From assembly GCF_000143415.4 (NCBI RefSeq), contig NW_003314266.1, positions 2,757,745 to 2,821,744 of the forward strand: a DNA stretch of 64,000 bases, in the 5' to 3' direction. Shown one piece after another: positions 55,870 to 64,000 of the stretch (position 1 is the stretch's first letter; every line of letters begins with the position of its first letter). Under the pieces are notes generated by a model that made no database searches, had not been told where the DNA came from, and saw nothing but the letters and a program-made list of their open reading frames with translations. This DNA comes from Selaginella moellendorffii (Eukaryota; Plantae; Lycopodiophyta). The translations under genes and the position numbers were made by a program.

Positions 55870-58800
55870 AGAGGCGCACTGGATCTCCAGCCGGGTTTCA
55901 GAACAAAAGAAAATTGGCCATCGCCTTAGTTGGCTGCTGAGCTTTCGAAGTTTCATTCTCAGGCAAAGAAACCGACAGAAGCGACGAGGGGAAGCAGTTC
56001 AGCACGCATGCCGTGCTTGAAGTTTCTCTTCAACATCATAGCAAGCTTATAAGATTACATTCGACTGTAAGTTTTCCTCGTTTTGCTTTATTTCTTTTAC
56101 TTGTTAAGGTTACTGTCCCGAATCTGCCTCTGTTCCTATGGAAGTTCGTCTGGAAATACCTTTCGGCATTGCTCCGAAGGTGAGGCCATTATTTTCGTTC
56201 TTTGAAACCTGATTGTTTCTTTTTGTTTCCAGACAATGAACCCGATTCTTCCCAGTGAAGTCATCCCGCTCCCTGTTCATCTGGCAGAAACAGGCCGCAT
56301 TAGCTGGCGTCCCTCCAATAAAGATTATCTTTGGAGCGAAGCACAACCTTTGTCGAAAGTTGATGTCGACGAACTATCCCTCGGCGTCACAGCGACCGTT
56401 TGTCTGCTATCCATCTCGGCCCAGCCAAGGTCCATTCCGCTGTTGCGTCAGTGTGGAGGAGACGGAAGTGTCGGCTGCAATATATGCTTCAAAGTCTTCG
56501 TCAGACAAGCTTCAAGTAACCTCAGAGATGGAAGATGTGGAACGTTTTGCTTCAGGCTCCGCTTGTTATATGAATTGTCTTCCATGTGCCATGGACGTGA
56601 TCGTCGAAAGGGGTGCTGGAGTGAATGCTCATACGTCCATCCCGAAGGTATGTTTTGACTTTTACAAGCTTAAATGATATAACATTTGCTGGTAAAAACT
56701 CCAGGGCGATTCTGGCTTCTTTTACGAGGTGGACGTCGTGCATGACCTGAACAAAAAAAGCTACTATCTTAGCTTCTTACCTAGAACTGTAAAGTTCGAA
56801 CGCGCTGCATCTAGAGATAGAGGGGAAAGAACAGAAAGGCCTGTCGACGATGAAATGACCGTCTTTGATCCCGGAAATCCTTCAGGTGAATTTTATGTTT
56901 GTATCCTTTTCTTGGTCTAACTTATTGTATTGGTCAGGTCTTCCCGTTTATGCATGGGTTGATAAGGTGACGGAAGCGGGGCACGCAGACTCTCTTTGAT
57001 CGTTCCTTACTGCAGCGGGTTGAACTTATCTTTTCTGGACGGGAATGTGGACGTACATGTCGCCGAAGAGCAGAGCCTGATACATACAGCAACCGGAGGC
57101 ACAGTAGCTGCGACGGAAGCTCAGGGTATACAGCCACTTATCGCGACTTCCACTGGCCGAATGCTCTCGTACTTGCCTTCGTGCAAAACTATTACTCCAG
57201 CGACACAAACATCACCAGCAGCCGCTGACAGTCATTGCAATGATTCCATTCTGCCGCTTGCACGCATATATTCTCCAACTACTCGCGAAGTTGGTGAAAG
57301 CAAAATGCTGGCCTGGAGTCTACCACACCTTTTTGGTCGCAACCATTTCTACTCGAACCACCTGGTGGGAATACTTCTATAGACATTCCCAAACCGACTG
57401 GTAAAGGGGCATACGTTGTTTCGATCACCTCTATCCCTGCAATGGGAAGCTGTTGAGGGAAAACTAAAACCGTAACTTTCAGGCCAAGNNNNNNNNNNNN
57501 NNNNNNNNNNNNNNNNNNNNNNNNNNNNNNNNNNNNNNNNNNNNNNNNNNNNNNNNNNNNNNNNNNNNNNNNNNNNNNNNNNNNNNNNNNNNNNNNNNNN
57601 NNNNNNNNNNNNNNNNNNNNNNNNNNNNNNNNNNNACGTCCACTGGAGTGATACAACCAGGTCATAACATTTTGCAGTGTAGATGGAAACTTATCATTTT
57701 TTTCTTGTGCAGAACTCTCCTGTTGCCTTTGCGGGAGCACGGCTGGGATTGGTCTGGCGGATTTTCACTTGATCGGCTTGGAGATACCCAAGTTAAAGTT
57801 TACAACCATTTGACTGGTGAAAGAGATGCTTCGGGTGGTGGTCAGCGACGCAAATGCTGCGGGTGACAGCATTGGTTCGGGAAATGACAGGCTCGGGACG
57901 TTCTATATCATCGTGACAAATGATGAAACAGGTTCATGCCTTATCGAATCGACAACTTTTTGAAGGAGGTTTGTATGCTGGCTTCTTTCGTGTTTGGCTG
58001 TGTTTACGTTCTCTGTTTTTATATCAGAAGCTGAGATTCTACCACAAGAAGTGCCAGAAAACTGAGAACGTGCTGCAGCCTTATAGTTCACGTGACTATA
58101 CTTGGGATGAGCCTTGCCTGCCTATACATCTTGTCATCGAGGTAAACCTTTCTAGTCTTAGTATCTCTCTCAGCATTCCCGTTGTAGGTTCCAGGCGAAG
58201 GAACTCTTGGAACATTCCGTCCATACAGTTGGACAGGTTTGTAATACAATTTAATATCACTGTTTGTGATCAAATGGTTCGTGTGGGATTTTACAAAAAC
58301 GAGAGGGCCGTTTTGTTGTTTCTTTGCATGCAAAGAGTAAGCAATTTTGTAATATCCATCTATTCACTTGACTTGCATTTATCAGGTCCTTAGCGTTGTC
58401 GACTTACTTCTCCATACCACAAAGGACTTACGAATGCTAAATCCTCGCATAGAAGAGACTTTCAGAGATTCCAGAAAGGGTTCTTCGCAAGATTGTTCCT
58501 TGAAACTGGCATCTAGTGCAACCACGCTTGTCAGGTACTGCTCTATGTGTATCGTTGCTGATTATGACTCGAAAATCATTGGCAGGAACTTACGTTGGCA
58601 TCAGCGAGAGGCTTTGAGTTGCAGTTTTTCCAGACTCAGCAGAAGATGAAAATGTAAATCGGATTGCTCCAAGTCGACAACGAACTCCGCCATGCCATTT
58701 ATCCCGTCCTACTTTCTACCGCGAAGTCTTCGGGCATCTTGATGAGAGGCATAAGAAGCAGTGAATGGAACTCGTCTGGACAGTTAACACAGGAGAAGAG

Positions 58801-59980
58801 CGAGAACCCGCACTCTGCTATTGTCTCAAAATGCAGGCATCCAATCGGCGCGGTTCATTGCTACCAATGCATCTACTGGAGGTATTGAGTTGTGCGATCC
58901 TTGTGATATCTCTCACAATGTGTTATCTTACAGCATTGCTCCATTGCGTCTACAGTTGGAAGAACGCAAGTTAACCTACCTGTTGGGACCTTTCAAAGGT
59001 CTTTTTGTTGGAGGGTCTGCTACGGGAACCGAGAAATCTGTGTCTTTCAAGTTACAGCGCTCCGGATGGGGTAGTTCTTCAAACGTTCTGAGCAGCTTGA
59101 GATTCGTCGAGACGATGGAACCAAACATGGCCCTATAATTGCGCAGTAGAGCCTGCGAAAGGTCCGACACAGAAGCTCATCATCTCTGTCAAGCAGAGGA
59201 GGAAGGTCTACGTGTTGAGGCTTATCATATCGACCAGCTGGAGCTTACAGTGAGGTAAAAACACTGAGATTCTTTGCAAGTTGAACATTGTTTTTGAAAG
59301 TTCCCTTTTCTTATGTGCAGCTTTTCAAGCATTCCCTGGTGTAGCTGCACAGTCCCTGCTTTGGGTGACAGGATCGTTGGTACAGGTATTCTCTTTTGTT
59401 TTCGTGCCGTAAAGCAAGCATGTTTAACTCTTAAAATCCCACAGACGTCTGATAGCTTTGGCCGATGTGGAAGGAGCACATTCGTCTTCGTCATTTAACG
59501 TTGGCACATCCCATGGCCAATTGGAACTCAATCCTAGGAATCATACAGCGTCACTATACTCGCCAGCTGCTTCACGAACTCTACAAGGTTTGTGTTCTCT
59601 TTTCTTTGTTGCTAGGTTCTGTTTCATATGTTGCATTCTTCCAGGTTCTTGGCTTGGGTGTTACAGTAGGAACGAGGAGTTTGTTTAGTTTTTGCATTTA
59701 GCAAGGCGGCCACGCAAATGAGCAAGGCAGCTCGCAGGGTTCGTGGTTTTGTCCTTGCTTAACTGTTTCTTACGTTACCGATCATTTGTTACAGGGAATG
59801 GTGAGACTACATGAACGAAGGCGAGAACCAGTGACCTCGTGACAGCAGCATTGTCAACGATCTCCTGGAGGGATTGACAGGTCTACTCCACTCCTCCGTT
59901 GGAAAAAATCTCGGCAATTTTGAGCGACCATCTCGTAACAGGAACGGCTTGAAGAAATATCGTGGAGTATGAGAACCTGA
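55870..59980 (+). pseudogene. VPS13-family C-terminal half (VAB/SHR-BD to ATG2_C regions), disrupted
   Basis: VPMEVRLEIPFGIAPK, PLPVHLAETGRISWRP..YLWSEA, YTWDEPCLP..L, LQVDNELRHAIYPVLL and ILGIIQRHYTRQLLHELYKV. Frameshifts and stops are present and no N-terminal chorein domain is seen. Confidence 0.75.
57489..57635. other. Assembly gap
   Basis: Run of 147 N. Confidence 1.
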
Positions 59981-60241
59981 TTGGTCTTATGGCCCTCTCA
60001 AGCTGGATTGCCTGGGGCGTTCCTGGAAAACAAAAAATCTGCGAATAAATCTCCTCTCCAGGATAAGCTCCATATCCAAAATCTCTCTCGCACAGACTTC
60101 TTCTTGTGCTGTTGCTGTTCCGGCCTCGGGCCGAGAATTCTTCATCGTCCCAAACGAGCCTTTTCCACCCACATGAACTTTCCTTTTTGATTACCTTTTC
60201 ATGTCTGCATCAAGACTAGGGCTAAAGAAACAATCAAGGGT

Positions 60242-61630
60242 ATGGCGCTTGGGTTATGGTCCTTGCCAGAAGTGGACAAAGCATTACAAGAAATAGTAAG
60301 GCCCGATGAGCATCTGTATTCGGTAAAAGCTGATAGCTGGCTATGGTATTTGCCAGAAGTGGACAAAAAATTACAAGAAATACTAAGAGCCGATGAGCAT
60401 CTGTATTCGGTAGAGGCTGATAGATGGCCATGCTCTTTGCCAGAAGTGGACAAAGAATTACAAGGAATAGTAAGAGCCGATGAGCATCTGTATTCGGTAG
60501 GGGCTGATAGATGGCCATGGTCTTTGCCAGAAGTGGACAAAGAATTCGATGAGCATCCGTATTCGGTAGAGGATCACAAGCTACTTCACAAGCGCGTAGG
60601 CGAACTGGCAGCGGTGTTATCATTAAAGAGATCGATGGACAAGCAAAGCGCGCTGGTGCGGTCCTTGGAGGCAATGGAGTTTAACAAGACAAGCATAAAG
60701 GACTTGTTCTCAGTGGAAAAGGAGCTGGGTAGGGGAGGCCAAGCAGTAGTCTACCAAATCAAAAGAAAGATTGATGGTCACTTGTTTGCTTGCAAGTCGA
60801 CTCGAATCACAGACTATGATCTGAAGGAGCCCATCGACATTGATCTCCCACATGGAGATCCGGAGGAAGCAGAACTGGAGATCAGAGCACTCACAAGGCT
60901 GTCCAAGAGCAAGGAAAAGAGTGGTGTGGTTCAACTGGTGGACGTTTTCAAGGACAAAGATTATTATCACTTTGTCATGGAGTTGTGCAGGGGCTCACTG
61001 AAAGACGTGTTGAGTGACAAGAAGAGGCTGAGTGAGCATGAGGCAGCCATAGTGATCAAAAAGGTGGCTAGGACTGTGGGCAAGATACACGACATGGGCA
61101 TAGCTCACAGGGACATCAAGACTGCCAACATCCTCCTAGGGTTTGAGGAGAAGTTGTTTGACGCTATAAAGTTAACTGACTTTGGACTGTCTTGGGTGAG
61201 CGAGGGGCCACAATCATTTAAAATGAGAGGCCAGGTCGGGACGGAGGTGTACAATGCCCCAGAGATGGTGGCTAACAAGGAGTATGACGAGATGGTGGAT
61301 GCCTGGGGTGTGGGCATTGTCTTGTATGAGATCTTGTCCGGGGAGTTTATATTCCAGGGCGACTGGACAAACATCAGCGTCGAAGCCAAAGATCTCATTC
61401 TCCAGTTGCTCCACTTAGACCCAAGAAAGAGGCTGTCAGTCCACGAAGTTGAGAAGCATCCATGGGTCGTCAAGCATTCCGCGCTACAGCCAGAACTGTC
61501 CAGTTTGGTGCTGGGTAGCAAGGCCAACTTGGAGACGAAGGAGATGTTTTTGGAGCGGAGCTTGAAGCGAAGGCGAGGTGATCAGGAAGAAGCAGAGGAA
61601 ATTCCTGTGGCAAAAAAAGTTCTTGTTTAA
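60242..61630 (+). CDS. Intronless CAMK/CDPK-related Ser/Thr kinase with N-terminal tandem repeats and no EF-hands
   Basis: LGRGGQAVV, FACKS, HRDIKTANILL, DFG, APE, DAWGVG and HPWV, followed by a basic tail KRRR..KKV. Confidence 0.88.
   Translation: MALGLWSLPEVDKALQEIVRPDEHLYSVKADSWLWYLPEVDKKLQEILRADEHLYSVEADRWPCSLPEVDKELQGIVRADEHLYSVGADRWPWSLPEVDKEFDEHPYSVEDHKLLHKRVGELAAVLSLKRSMDKQSALVRSLEAMEFNKTSIKDLFSVEKELGRGGQAVVYQIKRKIDGHLFACKSTRITDYDLKEPIDIDLPHGDPEEAELEIRALTRLSKSKEKSGVVQLVDVFKDKDYYHFVMELCRGSLKDVLSDKKRLSEHEAAIVIKKVARTVGKIHDMGIAHRDIKTANILLGFEEKLFDAIKLTDFGLSWVSEGPQSFKMRGQVGTEVYNAPEMVANKEYDEMVDAWGVGIVLYEILSGEFIFQGDWTNISVEAKDLILQLLHLDPRKRLSVHEVEKHPWVVKHSALQPELSSLVLGSKANLETKEMFLERSLKRRRGDQEEAEEIPVAKKVLV
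60257..60571 (+). repeat. 87-bp (29-aa) coding tandem repeat, ~3.6 copies
   Basis: Units start at 60257, 60344, 60431 and 60518: WSLPEVDKxLQEIVRADEHLYSVxADRWP. Confidence 0.95.
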
Positions 61631-64000
61631 AGACATCTGCAACTTTTAACAAAAAAAACTTGGCTCCTCAAGAAAAAAGATTATATAAACTTAGGATTAA
61701 ATAACTTATTTTTACCCTTAAGCATTAAAACAATGCTGTTTTCTGTATGTCGCTAGGGATCTTCATGCTTTGTCTAATGCAACTCAGGTTGTGTTTTGCA
61801 AATCACATCTAATCTCAAACAGCACCAGCGCTTACAGGGATCTCATAGTGTTGTGGATGTTTACAGCTTTATGTTTTGCTTGCGTTGCTCACGGTGCTTG
61901 CACAGCAGTGCTAACTAAGCTCAGGCAGTATCTCACAGTTCTACCGGTGGCAGCCATAAGGTTTGTATTTGCTCTCTGCCACTGCACATATGCCTAGCTC
62001 ATTTCTTACTTGCTGTTTTTTGTTTGCTACCCATTTCTTGCTTGGCACATTCTCTTGCAAGTTCTTGGCTTATCTCTTGAGTGCGTATGATTGTGGCCAA
62101 GGTTTTTACTTGCAGGCAGCACTAGCATGAGGTTTTTTCTCATGCATCATTGTGTATGTAGGACACTATGGGTGTTGCAGTAAGGTATGTGATTTTTTCA
62201 TGATTTCTCATGTTGTACAGGTTTCAAAGAGTAAGAGGGTGAAGATCAAAAACACAATTATTTCTCCAAACTACATATTGTATATAAGTAACAATAGTTT
62301 TTTGTTTGAGAGTTGTGAGTTGTAGTGACTATTTTTTAATTTTTTTTACATAGCATTGTCTCTTGTGATTGAAGTGTGATTTTCTTTTGCACATGGCAAT
62401 GAGTAACACTGTATGTGAATGATTATATCAAAAGCACATGCTTATGGTTTTTCTTTTCTTTTGAAACATAGATTTATATGGCTTTATGTTGTGGTGTTTT
62501 GAGCAATATATGGATACAAGGCAACAAACTGAGCAATTTGCTAGATTTTTCAAGATGTACATAATAATCATGCAAATTATGCCAACACATCTTGGTGAAC
62601 ATCTATTGCTGATACATCCTTAAGTACATATAAATTATAAGTTTTTCACTATTTACTTTTGAATGCAAACCATAAACACACATTAGAGGTACACAATGTT
62701 TGGGCCAAACAAATACATTATCTACATCACTTATGGTAATATGAGTGAAATATTCTATATTTGAATGAATTAATTTATGATTTTTCTTTCATTTTTGTTA
62801 TAGGAGAAACATTCCCACTATGTTAAGGTAGCTGGAGAGAATTTTTTAATGATAACTTATGGTATTGCAAAAAATGTAACTTAGTAGTCAACAATTACAT
62901 GGATTTCATAATGCAACTCCTCCACTACCAATAGTGTTGTATCCAATTTCTATGGAGTTAGACAAAGGGACTCAAGCAATATTAGTAAAGCCATGTGAGA
63001 TATCAATATCAATAATTAAATAGAAGCCCCAAATTTCTAGCTTACAATATGTTATAAAAAAATAAAGTTCTATCAAAACTATAAATTTGATGTAGTGTAA
63101 AAATTTATTATCAATGCATCAGAATTATATAGGTGACTCCACACTGAAATATACATAGGGAATTAGTTCTAGTTGCCTCCACAAAACATGTTGAAGGTAA
63201 ATATGGCCTAACCTAACTTTTATTACATCTTTACTAAGTATAACACATATAGTTTTCACCTTTTACCCTATGGTAGTTTACCATAAAAATAATCAATGAG
63301 ACTGGATGGAATTAACATATGCGGTATGATAATGAGGGTGTTTGGCAAACATAATAAGTTATTATGTAGTGATATTGAGGGATTAATCTTAATACATGAA
63401 GGTTTTTATCAAGTTAATGCAAGACAGATCAAAAGATAATTAAGAGTCATGCTTAGTATGCTCAATAAGAAACACATAGGAATTTCTACCTTATGTTTAT
63501 CTGATTAAAAATAGATGTTAAGCCCAGTTTACTAACACTTGAATAAAAGGGATTAAAAAGGAAATCAACAATATTAATCTTTTGTTGTTATAATAGTAAA
63601 AAGAGAATATTTGAAAGGATTAACTAATAAGTAACTTTCAATACCCACAATCATATTTGCGACACTCTCCCCCCTCCCGTCCCAAGGAAATTGATATATT
63701 TATCGATGCATACTATAGTTTAAACCACTACTAAGAAAATAACTTTAGAAAAAGTTCATAGTGTTCACACTTTGTGAAAAATGCACCAACTTAAAAGAGT
63801 GGGGGGGGGGGGGGGGGGGAAAGGGGGCGAAGCAAACCCCTTTGCCAAAGGAAAAGGCTTTAAACCCCAAAATTTTTTAAATGGTCTCCATAAAGAAAAG
63901 GCTTACATAAACCCCCCCTTATGGCTTGAAAAAAAATAATGGAAAAAAGGAGGTAAAATTTTTTTAACAAGTACCCCCCTTTTTTGGGAAAAAAAACCCC

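Noticed and set aside
60257-60571. 87-bp repeats as a non-coding array
   Set aside because: The units are in frame within the kinase ORF and their length is a multiple of three.
61700-63780. AT-rich tract as a decayed transposon
   Set aside because: No identifiable transposase or RT motif and no termini.
63780-64000. G-run / G-quadruplex and homopolymer-rich end
   Set aside because: The pattern of inflated homopolymers looks like low-quality read-end sequence.

Overview
Gene-dense eukaryotic nuclear DNA from a non-seed land plant. The very short (~50-80 nt) GT-AG introns, tiny intergenic spacers and many PLS/SS-type PPR genes point to a lycophyte such as Selaginella (inference). Apparently intact genes are: a fungal-type FAD-linked oxidase, tRNA-Phe(GAA), plastid GAR formyltransferase (PurN), a RING-CH E3 ligase, an LRR receptor kinase, mitoribosomal S29/DAP3, three PPR genes (one with DYW), a TBCC-domain protein, a microbial-type DUF1348/SnoaL-like protein, an RLCK-VIII kinase, a PLATZ factor and an intronless CAMK/CDPK-like kinase with 29-aa repeats. 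The full-length NADH-GOGAT gene carries two in-frame stops and a 4-codon deletion. Much of the remainder is locally duplicated, decaying DNA: a ~2.3-2.5 kb inverted repeat of PPR pseudogenes, a chimeric tRNA/PurN/GOGAT copy, and BAHD, OMT, RLK and VPS13 remnants. The best candidate for a new system is a 3-exon gene (22016-24076, minus) that fuses a Crinkler/RHS-type P-loop NTPase, a restriction-endonuclease-like domain and a C-terminal PHD finger, and lies next to the chimeric duplication. The second candidate is a 79-aa ORF that resembles PROPEP danger-peptide precursors. All family calls come from reading motifs by eye; no database search was run.
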